A DNA stretch of 64,000 bases from contig CM060732.1 in assembly GCA_030704615.1 (NCBI GenBank), positions 74,276,001 through 74,340,000 of the forward strand. Reading direction: 5' to 3'. The DNA is from Takakia lepidozioides. Taxonomy: Eukaryota; Plantae; Bryophyta. Position numbers and translations under genes: made by a program. The notes beneath the pieces were generated by a model. It saw nothing but the letters and a program-made list of their open reading frames with translations. It was not told the DNA's origin and made no database searches. This document shows, piece after piece, positions 1-13,345 of the stretch (positions within the stretch are counted from its first letter, which is position 1; each line of letters opens with the position of its first letter).

Positions 1-1637
1 GCTTCTGCCTGGCCGTCATGTTGGTCCTGCCTCTGCTTGTTGAGCTCCTCAAGAGTCTTCAAAGCTTTGTAAAGTCTGCTACACATACTGATGAAGGACC
101 TGTGACAAATTTACTGCTTTAGTGGTAGATTAACCAGAGAAAACAGCTCCAGAAACAGGCTTTTAAGATGCCAATCCAGCTAAAGGACACAAGCCGTGTT
201 GGCTATCAGGTCCTGCCATCCCTATCAATCACACAACTTGCCAGCCACTACTTTGAAATGGCAAGAAACATAATTGACAAACACGTATTATGCTAAGAAT
301 CATAGTTGCCCAGGAATTTTTCCAGTAACAACACAGACCGAATGCTGGATTCCTCACAACCTAGGGAGGAGCAGATATCAGCAGAGCTCTCACTTTTGTG
401 CATCTTTCACAGTTACATTTTTCACCAAGGCCCGCACTGATGCAAGCTGCTCTCGCCTTTCATTTTCTGCAGCTCTAGCTAGCCAATTAATGTCGTCATC
501 GTCATGGCGTCTCCGTAAGCTCAAATCTTTCGGCAAAAGTCTAGATTGAGACTGCTGAGATTTATACATAGATCTCACAGGAACCTTCCCAATGTCCGTC
601 CCTCTGTCATGGACACCTCCTTCTGACAGTCTGTCATCTTCAGGCTCACTCACACGAAGGCCCTCCGACCGCTCCAGGGATGAGGACCGAGACCGTGCAG
701 GTTGAGAAGGCAGTTCAATTTCCCCTTCCTCCAACTCTCCCTCTTCACGATCCTCAGCTGCAATATCTGTCACATGTACCTGCCCAGCAGGTCTGGAAGA
801 GATTTTATCGCTCCTACCGGATTCCTCACCAGAAGCGTTAGGTTGCAAACTTCCCTTTCGACGTCCTCTCTCTCCTCTTTCATTGGCCCCTTTCTCAGAC
901 TTCAGTTTCTCCCCAGGGACAAAAACTTGTTCGCCTTCATCCTCCACAGACATCCGATCTCTCAATGACGAGAGATTCACAGCATCGGAATTGCGACCCC
1001 CCTTCCATGACCCACTTCTTACCAATGAGGACTCTAACTGCAACCTCTGAGTTTCATAGCGTGCTTCAGCTCCTAATGTCATCTCATCTAACGAATCGGG
1101 GATCGCATCCTGCCAATCCCCGTCATAGGAGCCCCTAAAGCCTGGTATTGCAGCAGCACTATCTTCTTTCTTCACAGAACCATTTCCAGGAGGATCTACA
1201 GGTGAGAAGCTCGAGCGGCCCTGCACTGCTTGTGCCCAAGCAAAGTTGTAAAGGTTGGGGGCATAGTTGTTATTAGGAGGGCGATACGCAGCAGGACTAA
1301 TCCAAGGATTGTCTTCACCACTCCATGATATCCTCTCACGCTCAAGTTCGTCATCCTCCAACCTTTCGACATCTCTGACCATAATATCTCTTCCTTCTCT
1401 CGAGGAATACTCATTCCGTATGCGAGTTCTCGGGGTTCCAGATCTCAACTCCCCTCGAGCAACCAGGTCAGTAAGACTCACTCTCTTTAGAAGAAGTGGT
1501 ATGTCTTTCCTCGGGGGCCGATCTGATTTCTCTATACTTACTTTTTCATCAGGTGACGCCTGATCTTTGTCAGAGATCTCTCCCTCCTCCTGGTCCTCAT
1601 CCGTAGGGTTTGCAGATTCGTTAACGACTGGAGCCAT
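1..1637 (-). CDS. CPL3: RNA polymerase II CTD phosphatase-like 3 (CPL3-like), N-terminal exons; gene continues off the left edge
   Basis: Large coding exon 1637-394 with acidic EEGEI motifs and the NLYNFAWAQAVQ motif typical of plant CPL3. GT donor at 393 and AG acceptor at 100 splice in frame to KSFISMCSRLYKAL (99-1). The catalytic FCP1/BRCT domains lie outside the window. Confidence 0.75.
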
Positions 1638-4600
1638 TTGATCCCAAAGACTCTAACTAGCACCCTGCAACAGGTTTAGATAGCATGAAGACATAGACAA
1701 AGGTGCACTGGCCAAAGAACCATCTCTTATCAGATCTTGGTTAACGGCTCAACATGGATTCGCTTTGTTACATGTTTTCCCAGCATTTCCTGGAAAAGTG
1801 GAGGGCTCACTATCCCACTGCTACTGCCCGCCCTCCCTACGGATCAGTCGTCCAGAAGATAGCGAAATTCAACTCCACAAAACAGCCCGTTTTGAGATTA
1901 CGGCTACGGCAGACTCGATCGTCAAACCGTTCAATGCAGAAGCTTGGACTAAGGGACTTCGGCTTTAGGACTAGTTTCTAAAGGGAGGGGAAGGATTCAG
2001 GGAGCAGAATATCCTCTGCAGGAATTTGCAAAGGCTCAATGCCACTTGCAAAGAGTCCTTTGGCCGTCCAAACTTCCAAGGAAACAAGACAGCGACGCGC
2101 CTACGGGCTGGCTTCCAGAGACTAGAACAGCTTGGCCATGTCTCATCAAATTATGCCCCTCTCATTCTCGGTAGAGCTTCCGGCCCAATCAAGGAGACGC
2201 GAAGAAGTGCAAGCTGGACAAGGGCAAGGCGAGCACGCAAGTGCGGTGGCATGGAGGGGCAGGCAGCCAGCATGGTTATGAGCAATGCAGCATAGCCAGG
2301 TCAGGCCCGCACATGCCCTAAACGACAGACCCCGGGTCATCCTCGTTCGCGCGCCCGGCCCGGTGCGACCCTGCGCCAGGCCTGTAACATGCATGACAAC
2401 GACCCTTTAAATATGCTTCATAGGGACTCGGACTCCCTGCTGCACTCGTGTACGAAGAAAATTCCGAAATCTTGTGGTTCTTCAAAACCTCGGAAGGTAT
2501 GATACTTATAAAACCATTGTCACATTCTCCACAATAAGTATGCACCCTTATTCGGTCACAGTGCAGTACATAGTCGCCTTGTGTTGGAATATATGAATAA
2601 CACTCCGACTACAGCCAGTCAGAGCATGAGTGCAGAGGACCAAATGACCATCATTGTCTTCAGCCAGGTGGTCATATCACCTTCAACCTCCATTGAACTA
2701 CCCTTATGGAACAGAGGCCATCCTCAACCTAAACCATCTTTTTTTTTTTCCATCTCTAATACCCACTAAATCAAGTTTTAGTGCGTGTACATCAAAGGCA
2801 GGTGATTTATTGAGGGTTGAATTAATGGTCAAACAGTATACATGGTGTACGGAATGACCATTTGGGAAAATATAGTTCATATCTCATGATATGTTGGAAT
2901 TATATTATTACTTTAACGGTAGATTAATGTATTTAAAATTGAGCCATTTCATATATAAAATTAATTCAGATGTATGGTCTATAGTTTTTGTAGTTCTACT
3001 TCCAACTTCGAAATTCTAGTGACAACCATTAGGTCCAAGCTGGTTTAACATAGACGACCATGGAGGTTGGGTAGCAAGTGAGCAGGCTCATGCGGGCCTG
3101 AGCATGCTCACGTGAGCACAAGCGAATATACTGCATATTCCTAAGATGCCTTGCAAATATTCTTTAGCGAAACGAAAATTTGAGAAACTAAAAATTTTGC
3201 GAAACTATTTTTTCACAGGCCCTTACAGCAATACTTAAGAAACAAGTAACCCCTATACATGATAAACTTGTTACCCTATAGGCGTGGGATTTCCTCGCGC
3301 TATGCTCATCCGATACTAGGCCCTTGCCATTATAGACTTGAGAAAAGGGCGCTCAGACTCCAAGAGACCTTAAAGGTTGTCACGTCCCATAGATAATTTA
3401 TCGAGACGAAACCCTCACTCCCGATTACTTAATTTAATTTCTCAATGCAAAATTAAAAACTCTCACTCCCGAAACTACTACTTAATTTTAATTTCTCAAT
3501 GCGAAACTGAAAGATAGATCAGATAGTTTATCGTTTTGGTGCAACTCCACCCTATCAATGCACCGAACCTCAAAACATGTAATTCCTATGACTGCGGTTT
3601 AAAAACATACCCCATGACTGTGGGGCCCCCACAACCATGGGGTTCATTAGCCGTCATAGTTTTCTGGCAACTGAAATGACACTTCCAAAAGACCACGCAA
3701 CAATTTTGGGGGGGAAACAAAAAGACCCTTAAAAACGGTTCAAATGTTTTCTTTCTTCCACGATTTTTCTTCTACTATTTATCGAGTTTATGTATTGTCT
3801 TTATTGCTTTCACATCTAGCATAGACGACCATGGGGTCCATTAGTCGTCATAGTTTGATAATTATAAGAAAGGAGAGTCCGAGAGAGAGATCTACACATA
3901 AGTATCGGGCCACTTCTTATGTTTCCCGTTGATGAATAAGGAGGACACGATGTATGTGACCCACATGCATTGTCAGATATTTCTCTGAAATTGCAAGAAC
4001 TTGCTTGTTTGATTTAAAGAAAACTTTGTAATTGCATATGCACCTCAGTTCGCATTTGGAAACAACCCTGAGCACTCGCAATAAAAACAGATCTCACATT
4101 ACGGACTATATAACAAATTTGACATTTGTAATGCTTCCAAAATACAAACGACAGTCAATTAATAGTTTGACATCTTGCTGATAGTGCGGACCGGCAACAC
4201 GCAAACCTAGTATTTTGTATTACTACATACCTAATACTATTTAAAAATATTATAGATATTAAAAACTCCATCCCATAATAAGTATTGGGGGTCCTTTTGC
4301 GCCCAAAAGAAAATAGAAAATATCACATATATATAATTGTTTTTTGCTAAAGCAAACTTATAATATCTCTTCACCCCCCCCCCAAGGACTTCAGTTGTGT
4401 GAGCACGACTGTGTGGGCAAAACTGGGATAACGGTAAATGGATTTACAAGTCATAAGCGGATATAAGATATTACTGCATCAAGATGGTCACTTACATGGT
4501 CTATTATGAGATAACTTTTTTATTATAGTAATTGATGTTGAAAAACTTTGGCTATGACTTAATATCAAACACTTTTTCTATCACCAATACAATTCTACAT

Positions 4601-7600
4601 AAACCAAAGAAGTTTCAAAGTAAAGTTAACAAGCGGCTTGAGTCACGTATGGAATAGTGGAATCTAATTTTATCCATAATAACGTGACAGGCCAAGGCAA
4701 TACCGCAAGGGGAAGAGGCTCTTATTTACGCTAACTTTGGTTGGCGTTATATATATATATAGTACAATCCTTTTTCTTTTTCTTTTCTTTTTTTCTTTTT
4801 CTTGGTTCAAAAGGAAACCTGGGAATTCAGGCCCTTGAGGAGGGGGGAAAATTAACCCCCTTTCATTTATGGGCCATGAGGCCTACAGGACGACCAACGC
4901 CCAGACATACAGTCACGAACAAAGAGAACACTTTTTTGGGGGGCATTTTTTATTGATCCAAATTTTGGCGGGGGAGTAGCGGTGGGATGCTTGAAGTTGA
5001 TTTATCATAAGCTTCTTAAGTTCATTAAATAAATATTATAAAATTAAATAACTCAATGACACTAACTTTATTCTTCTTAAGATTCAACATAAAATACAAC
5101 CAAGAATACTTACATATAGACCGTCCAGTGTTGTTCGGGTAAATAATTTTACCCGGATGTACCATTTTCATTTATCCTTACCCTATAATCATTTCTATAT
5201 ACCCTTGATCACAAGTAAATATATATTGTTGGAGGATAAATAAGAAAAGGGTAAATGTGGAGGTGTCTTGTTCCTCTTTAGACTAAGACCTATATATCTT
5301 CTATAATCAGCTACACTATTATAAGAGTAAAGTGTAAATTAATATTTAGTTATATGTAGATGTGTATTTTAGCTATATGTAGATTTGTTTGAAGAACTGA
5401 GGGATGCAAAGGATAAAAATCATTTACCCTTCCCCTTATGAATGTATTGCCCTATATCCACTGTCCGGAGGGTAAATAATCTTTTATTTATCTATACCTG
5501 GAGGATACTCAACATTCTATTTATCCACACAACATTTATACAAGCCTCTATTAGCTTCTCATTATAAGATAATAGCGTCTTCAATGAGCGCGAATGTGCC
5601 CGCTGCAAAGGGTCGGCTGCTCGGTCTATCGCAAATAGATCCGGGCAAGCGAGTCCATTGCGGTAGGTCCCAGCCAAGAGAGACATGCTTGCAGGCGCTG
5701 ATAATGCATATGTAGTGTGAAAAAAAGGGGGCATAAATCCCCTTTTGTGTAATTCTAACTGTACTTCTTCCAGTAAAAAGAACAACCTAGCAATCTACCA
5801 GCGGCACACGGTTATGGGTTTCCATCCTATCGTTCATGATCAGAGTTCATAAATCCTCATCCACGCCGCAGCGGAAGAGAAAACATGGATGGGGATTGAA
5901 TCCTTCTTGTTCATGATTTACACAATCTTTATACAGTTGCAGTGATATTTTCAGTGATACAACCAGCCCTATGACGGAGCTAAATGCGACCCATGTGGGC
6001 ATCACCCTTGAGCAATACACGTCGAAACCCCTTCTGTAATGAGATCACTGATAAGAGGAAGGCAACTCAGATCTGCCATGAATTATAGGCCTAGTGATTC
6101 TCTGCAGATGTCATGGTTTTTCCTCTATCTCCCAGTTGACCATCCCTCATTACCCCTTTTATTGAGCAACTTTCTCCCTTCCCAAACTTTTTCTCTTTCA
6201 TTCCTGCTGTAAAATTCCCTGGCTCATTTTCTTCCAACCAGCAGCCTATCTACATGCAATGCAAACACATTCAGCCATGTATCCAGTGAATCCAGCCTTG
6301 AAATCAAACCTTGGTCACACAAGACATGATCGGCTCTTCCATCAGTCTTTCTCTCACCCAAAACAGACCCTTCACACTGTTTGCCTCCAGAGACAACCCA
6401 GTTTGTCAGTCAGTTCCCAACCCTTCTACAAATCTGCATCTAAACACCCCAACAACTCACTTTTGCCCTTTTAGATTTGAACCATAAAGTTCAAATGTTG
6501 AGTCCACTCTGAAACAGTTCTAAACTCCACATCAGTGTCAGTTTGCAGCCCCACCCACCTCTTCCTCTTTCTGATTTCAAAGAGGTTACAGGTAACCCTC
6601 ACTAGTGCTCACATCAACTACACTGGATTGCATTACATCTAATCATCAAAATCCCAAAGCCGCATTGTATGCAGATTCATGATATTGAAGCCAAATGAGC
6701 AAAAACAAAACAAACAGCAAGCATTTTGTCACTGTGGGTAAACTACATCTGCCCTCACTCAACACTCCTACAGACATGTGCATCAGATCCATTCATCTCC
6801 ACCCCATCCTGGTTTGAAGTCCAGAGTCCCCACTCCATTTCTCAAAGTCTTTTTCCTGTTCTCATCACGCTCTCAGTTTGAGAGTCTCTATCAAAATTTC
6901 ACAACAACGATTCCTAAGTGCCAAAATGAAGAAGCCTCGTGTCTACGAACTTATCTGTCTTATACTCCAGGTGAAGCGGTGGGACTGCCTGCCCAAAATG
7001 GCACCTCGCCATCTCCGTCAGCAGCTACCTTAACTCCTCTTGTCGTCTAGATTTGACGATTCCAGCGTTCATTAAGTCATGACGGCCCTGCTTCAGCCTA
7101 TGGCAACACCCTTGTAGCCTGCCAACTAACTACCCTATCTCACTATCTAAGCAAATCTACCCTAAGATCTGATATGATCTTATAACAAGAAGACAGTGAT
7201 CATCTGAAAGCTTCCTGCATCTGTACATTCCACTCTTTACCTCCTTATTTACAGATAACCTGAGTCACCATCCACAAGCCAATCCCTCATTCGCTCTGGC
7301 AGATGCTCGTTATGTTGGTCATGACTTAGCCACTTTCATCCTGGCAAAGTATCAGCATAGTGTGCCCATGAAATAACCTGTAGGCATGGATGAATTCCGC
7401 CCATAGCATGTATGAAATAAATTGAGCATTTCATCATGGCCAAGAGTTCCCATCGTTCCCATGATGTAACCTAAAAACATGTATGGAATAAATTGCAGGG
7501 ACAACTCAACCTATTTTCACATTGGTACCAGGGCCCTCTCTTTTGTAGAAATGCAGAATCTCGATGAACAAAAATTTCAATGTCACTCCCCTGCATTCAC

Positions 7601-7844
7601 ACTACACATATAAAACAATTGAATAGTTCCAATGTTTTCAAAAAGCAATGGGTAGTGTGATGGTTACGAGCAATGAATAAGATGTGAGGTTTGGTGTTCC
7701 AGTTTCCGTCAAGTGGTAAAGTGCCCGCCGCTCGGTGTTCAATTCTTGTCAGGTGGTAATGTGTGTTATTAATTAAACATTATGTATATTTGTTCTTGCT
7801 GAAAAAGTTTCCTAAGTCCTTGTTCTTCTACGGTGGCGGCCCTC

Positions 7845-8070
7845 CAACGGACTCCGGACTGAACTGTAGAGTGGATCCTCAAGCAGACTCTGCAGACCCT
7901 CCAGCGGACTTACTCTGCAGTGTAGAATAGATCCTCCAACAGACTCTGCAGAGTGGACCTTCTTCAACAGACTTTAGGTCCACCGGATTTGTGCAGAGTG
8001 GGTGGACCCTCCAAGAGACTCTCTAGAATGGACTGTTTAGTCCAATGGACCCTTCAGTGGACCCGGTGGA
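7845..8070. repeat. Degenerate minisatellite (cagactctgcagagtggaccctcca-like units)
   Basis: Several imperfect repeats of gactctgcag / gtggaccctcca are visible. Confidence 0.5.
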
Positions 8071-9136
8071 TGGGTGCTAGGCTTACGAGGTGACCCCTGG
8101 GCCGTACTGGCGGGGCCCACATGCGCATTAAAGACGCTATTATTAAAAAATTGTTGGCAAGGCAATAGCATATGACAATTTGAATTTCCTTTTAATAATT
8201 TTCTTGCCTAAGAATATGTTTTATTCAAAATAAAACTTATCGATATTTTGATTGTTATAGATTGAAGTTTGGACCAGTGTTGGGCGGTTATTTGATTAAT
8301 GAGAAAGTCGCCTGTTCAGGTTGTTTTGTTCTCACGAGTCACCAGTTGCTGTTATTTGGGATTTTAAAACTATGAAGGTTATCTAGATACGGTTATTTAA
8401 ATTTTTTATGACCTCCAATTAGGAGATTGTATGTTATTAATTCAATCAAAATTAATCATCAGTTATAAATTTCTGATTAAAATTTATATTATGACAAATT
8501 TTCCAAGATGTCTACGCTGTTGGAAAAGTGGCCTTTGCCATGAAATTGAATTGAGAGGTTATATGTACAATTCATCATTGCTTGAGTTTTTTGATAATAG
8601 GTAGATTAAATGTATATGTGTAGCATGTTTCAACAGTTATATACTAACAAACAGTTATCACTTATATATATTAACATAAGGTGATAAAAAAAAATCGGTT
8701 ATTTGATTTTTTCCTAATCTCCGGTGAACATATAACCTTAATTGTTGGCGCGTATTACTTTTTCTAATACCAGCCGGGTCCTGGTATTGAAAAGAAATTA
8801 CTTTTCAATACCAGCCGGTTCCATAGTATTGGAAGATTCACTTAATTTTAATATCCGCCAGTTCCCAATAGTAGTAGGATTTTTTATTTGCGGACGGGTA
8901 TCAATAGGATGGGTATTCCAATCTAATACCAGTCCGTTATCAACCCAGATATAAATAACTAAAATTAAAATTAAAATAACTGCTAAATCATAATTGAATT
9001 TAAAAACGTACTAAGAAATTAATTATTATGCTGCAAAATTCAGTCTTTGCATTAGTACATAAGTTGCAGACTTTAATATGCAAAGTTAATAGAAGATTGA
9101 TTGCAAGCCTCATCGTCAAACAAACCAGCATACCAA

Positions 9137-9345
9137 GAGTCAGTAGCTCAGTTGGTTAAGTGCACTAAGTGCTACCCAAATGATTCTGGGGTCAAATCTT
9201 GCTACTGACGGGTGTGGTATGGTTGCTAGGTGGTGCCCCATTCCTACGCCTCATGGCAAGTTACTGTGAAAGAGGTTATTTTCTCCTCTCACTATTAAGG
9301 GGCCTGATTTGTGAGCTGTCGCTCCAAGGTGTTTCTTTTTTTAAT
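9137..9345 (+). mobile_element. tRNA-derived SINE-like element or tRNA pseudogene head
   Basis: Pol III A box tagctcagttgg (9144-9155), B box gggtcaaatc (~9189-9198), complementary gtcagtagc (9139-9147) / gctactgac (9201-9209), followed by a T-rich tract. Confidence 0.5.
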
Positions 9346-9658
9346 GTAATTTATTTTTTCAAATAATTTATAAATTTATATTTATCATTTAAAATTTATT
9401 TATTTAATTTTATATATATATTATTTAATAATAATAATAATAAACAGCATATGCAATGAAGTCCAGAGATAAAGGCACCCACATTTGCTAAAAAATGAAG
9501 AATAGTGGCGGGCCCTTAGGGCTGGACATGCCCTGACCCTTGACATGTGCACCCGCCCGATTTCATATCTATACCATGTGTATAGTCCTTGTTTTTGCCC
9601 ATAATACGGATATCGGACGGGTATTGCCTTTGGCAATACCAGCCGGTCTGGTTATTAA

Positions 9659-10091
9659 GGGTTGTACCACACTAGCGGCACACCAGCGGCACTGACGTTG
9701 CAGGCTAAGGATTGTTGGACCATGTCACCAAGCGGCAATGAATCGGCTACCACACTATAACAGACACTATAGCAGAAGCCCAGGGGCAAAAAAATCGATA
9801 GGAGAGACCATCGCACGACGGGGTCGGAGAGACCAGCTTCGCGATGGCGGGAAAATCGTGTCACGACAAAATGTCTTTCTAAAATTGTGGATTTCCAGGG
9901 GACACTACCTGGAAATCCGTATTTCATGGTAATGTGACATGTAGGCGCCAGGTCGGAGCCATGTCAATGCCTCTCCGCCGGCAGCAGCCACTAGTGTGGT
10001 AGGCAGAGCGGCGCACTGCCTTCCCTTAAACCAATAGGAGGGTCGAGAATTGAGTGTTGCCGCCCCTCTTGCCGCTAGTGTGGTATCGCCC
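9659..10091. mobile_element. Tourist-like (PIF/Harbinger) MITE
   Basis: TIRs gggttgtaccacactagcggca ... tgccgctagtgtggtatcgccc, with TAA target-site duplication (9656-9658, 10092-10094). Removing it restores ggttattaaccctagtatt, matching the host repeat ggttattaaccatagtatt at ~10130. Confidence 0.85.
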
Positions 10092-10574
10092 TAACCCTAG
10101 TATTGGAATTGCCAACACCAGCTGGTTCGGTTATTAACCATAGTATTAATAGCCAATACCAACCGGGTCGGTTATTCAATACCCTGGTTGATACCAATGT
10201 TGGACTGGTATCAAGTTTTTTACATACCAGACTGGTCATGGTATCAAACGTATCACAAAATTTTCATACCAGTCCGTCTATTTAATGGTGGATGTATTTT
10301 TTTTCCACATATTGGTATAAATATAAGTATCATGACCACAATACCAGCCGGTATGAGATATCAACTCTGGTATCATTCCAAAGCCGTCTTGAGTTACAAA
10401 TTTATCAAATGGCAAGTATCAAGTGAAAACAAATAAAATATACATAAAGAAGTAAATATACTTCAGTACAAATATATAGGCATATGTACACATAAATTAA
10501 TTCAATGGAAGACGGTGGGGGAGTATTAGTATTGTGGCTGTATGAAAAAACTGATATCAATGACCAAGTATTCT

Positions 10575-10760
10575 ACCATAATAATAATATTTATAATATT
10601 TGACGCCTCCCGAAGGAAGCGTAAATTATGGTGTCTCTTCACCCCGAAGGGTTACCGCCTTCCGTTAAGAAGGTAGACACCTTTGTGACACCAAGGGTGG
10701 ATTGAACCCACAACCACTTCCAAGGTGGTATGTGCCCATTACCACTGGGCTACAATTTGA
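10575..10760 (-). mobile_element. tRNA-derived SINE-like element
   Basis: On the minus strand: A box tagcccagtgg (10752-10742), B box gggttcaatcc (10709-10699), AT-rich tail near 10575-10600. Confidence 0.5.
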
Positions 10761-10818
10761 TAGCATTCTCCCAAATGATACCAGACTGGTTTGGTATCTA
10801 ATGCCACTGCATATACCA

Positions 10819-13187
10819 GCAGCGTAGCTACGGCGTGAGCCCAGCCCCGTGAGCCTGGGAGTTGAGCTCACGTTGTAGCTGCAACGCGTGAGCGACACAA
10901 ATGTGTTGGAGAAGCAGGCCCTATAGGCGAGGATTGCAGGAAGAGGGCATATTACCATGGACAAAACAATGGGATCACCATGCACCATGTCTGCAATGTC
11001 TGCACAAAAAGAGGAATATGAACATATGGCAGATTTGAGCTCAGAATGATTGTGAATATTTTATTTCAATTCACAGAAAGACGCCTACAATGAATGGCAT
11101 GTGCAATTGCCCTGGTTCCGTGAACGAAATGTATGTGTTTGTCCTACATGCAAAGACTTCACACGATAAGCTGGAAACCAGCACGGGAAGTGGGCATGGC
11201 TCGTTTGTGTTCAAAGAGAATCTAGCGGAGCCCCACGCCAGGTGTCCCCCTGCAGAAAAGTGATGACTTCTCCGTAGCCTAGTGTGGCTTGGTGAATGAA
11301 TTGGTCTCTCTTACCGTCGCAGCACATAATTATAAGGTATATGTAATATTGATGCTTGCAGGGGACCCACTTTTTGGACTTCTTTCAAGTCCTCCTCAGT
11401 CTTACATGCTGCCAGTTTATGCGGAAGCACTCGTAGCAAGCATGTCCGTTCATGGCACTCGCAATTCAACCATCGACGGCCGTGGTAGAAGACGTGGTAT
11501 TGGGGCCGGAATCTTTGTGGATGACATAGCACATGAGGTCGATTGTGATTCTAATGACTATGACACTTGATATCAAGTTTTCTTTTACTTTTATTCGGGG
11601 CCAATTTTGAAATGGGATGGTTGTGTGTCCTTGTTGTCATGTTTGCAATGTGTGCGTGGGATGCGAATTCCTGGGAACAAACTATTGTTGGAGAGGGGGG
11701 TTGCATGGACTGCCCGGATTGTTCCTTCCATGTCTTTAGTGTTTTCCGCAACTCACAGCCTTGTGTGCATGCAAAAAACCCCTAAACGTGATGGGTTTGG
11801 GCAGTGCATTCTAGCATCATTTTCTCGTTGGTCTCCAAACCATTCATGCCAGAACAATGCTTGGTAAATCCATCACGTTAAAGTCCACGTGATCAAAGAT
11901 CGTTCAGGCATTCTTCTAGTGAGCATCCATGATGCTCCCGCACATACCATACATGTTCGCATCGGTGGTGGGTAAGAAAATATTTCGCATGGATCCGCTT
12001 TGGATGCTATGGGTGTGCACCTGCTTTCCGGGCCTTTTGTCCTGATGCACTGAAGCAAAAGACAAACATACGTAGGTGGATATGCTGCAATGCCTCCTTG
12101 GTTCAAAATCAGAAGAGCCTCTTCCAATTTGTCTGCCTCACGAAGCATCTTCACATCCCAAGAATGGGTGCTGACAAGCAGTGCTCACAACGTAGTTACG
12201 TTCCCATGCAAGGGCTTGGTATGTTAATAACGTCTAAATGGATGCAATGGATAGAAATGATGGATACAATGGATGTAACACATCCAGTTTGTATTGCCTG
12301 AAAAGGGCTAATCAACCCGCGGTAATGTCGCGGCCCTTTGCCTTGAGGGCAGGGGGTTGGGACGTAGAGGGGCTGCCCCTGTGGTGGGGGCGGTGGCAGC
12401 AATAGGTACGGGGGGCTAAAGCACCCTTGAGTGCCCAAGGCACTCAAGGAGGCGGAGGCACTCACTAGGTGGAGCCCCGCACACCGGGTTGCGGTAGGGG
12501 TGGCTCCACAAGGGGTGGTGGTAGCTTAGTGGGACTTAGTGGGGGTGGCATAGGACTCACCATGGGGCGGAGACCTTGTGGTGGGAGTCGTGGGGAGTCT
12601 TGGGACTCACCACGGTCCAATGGGGCCGTGGTGGGTGGGCCAAGACTTACCGCGACTCATCACCGGGAATTGAGGGTCTTCGTGCTGGTTCGCCATAAAA
12701 TGGCATGGTTGTTTGTGAAACCCCCGCGGACAGTCACAGAAGTATATATAGGGAGTAGTAACCCCGAGAACGGTGCAAGCCCGTTGGTGACCAAAAACTA
12801 GTGAGTAAGCGAGCGAGCCGGAAAACGACCAAGGAGTGGGGAGCTATTCCGGACTGCCATCTACCAAAGGGAATTTCCACTAGGCCCAAATTGGTGGAGG
12901 GTCTGTTGGGGCAAGAAAGGGGGACCGTTATGTCCCGGTGAGCAGTCGTAGCTCCGAGTTGGCCCGGCGGCCAGATTGAGAGTTAGCCGCGCACATCAAA
13001 GCGAGTAACTATGACTTGAAGGGGAGCTTACCGAAGTGAGGTGCGCGATAGGTAATAGGTGCCACCCGCGGTAATAGGCCCTGCATATTCGCTCCGGCAT
13101 GCTGACGTGGCTTGAGCCTCTGCTAGGCTCACGGGCTCCTGGGCTCACAGGCTCACACCTCTAGGCTCACGGAATAGCACTTCCCCC
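10819..13187. mobile_element. Non-autonomous MULE-like (Pack-MULE-like) element
   Basis: Flanked by the direct repeat catataccagc (10810-10820 and 13187-13197). Inverted terminal arrays gtgagcc/ggctcac. Left end matches the terminus at 13346. Internal SWIM remnant (WVPCKHQYY, minus, ~11340-11370) and a PPR fragment. Confidence 0.65.
11873..12160 (-). pseudogene. Captured PLS-class PPR gene fragment
   Basis: MLREADKLEEALLILNQ...TYVCLLLQCIRTK...RMPERSLITW aligns by eye with VRTLCKAGQLKQALHILNQ...TYVCLLQECIKMK...KMPERDLFTW of the PPR gene at 34.0 kb; frameshifted. Confidence 0.65.
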
Positions 13188-13267
13188 ATATACCAGCCCT
13201 TCACCTATATACCAGTCCAACACAAGTCTAAATTTGGACATGTATTTATCTCCATAGTTAGAGAGAG

Positions 13268-13345
13268 AAGACTCCGGCCGAAGCCGGCGTAGCTAAGAGC
13301 CACAACTAAGAACCACTTCGCCTCATATTGCCCCCTTTCAGGGGT
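13268..13345 (+). repeat. Short dispersed repeat with GC hairpin; second copy inverted at ~55385-55445
   Basis: aagactccggccgaagccggcgtagctaagagccacaacta here versus the reverse complement aagactccaggccgaagccggcgtaactgagagacacagcta at 55404-55445. Confidence 0.6.

Noticed and set aside
2900-5500. Fragments of DNA transposons or Helitron ends (short duplicated motifs such as catagacgaccatgg)
   Set aside because: No consistent termini or TSDs were found.
6000-7330. Very old LINE remnants (similar hints at 34500-34900)
   Set aside because: There are only faint motif hints, too decayed to support by eye.
9137-9212. Functional tRNA gene
   Set aside because: The anticodon and T arms do not pair convincingly, so it is treated as a SINE head or pseudogene.
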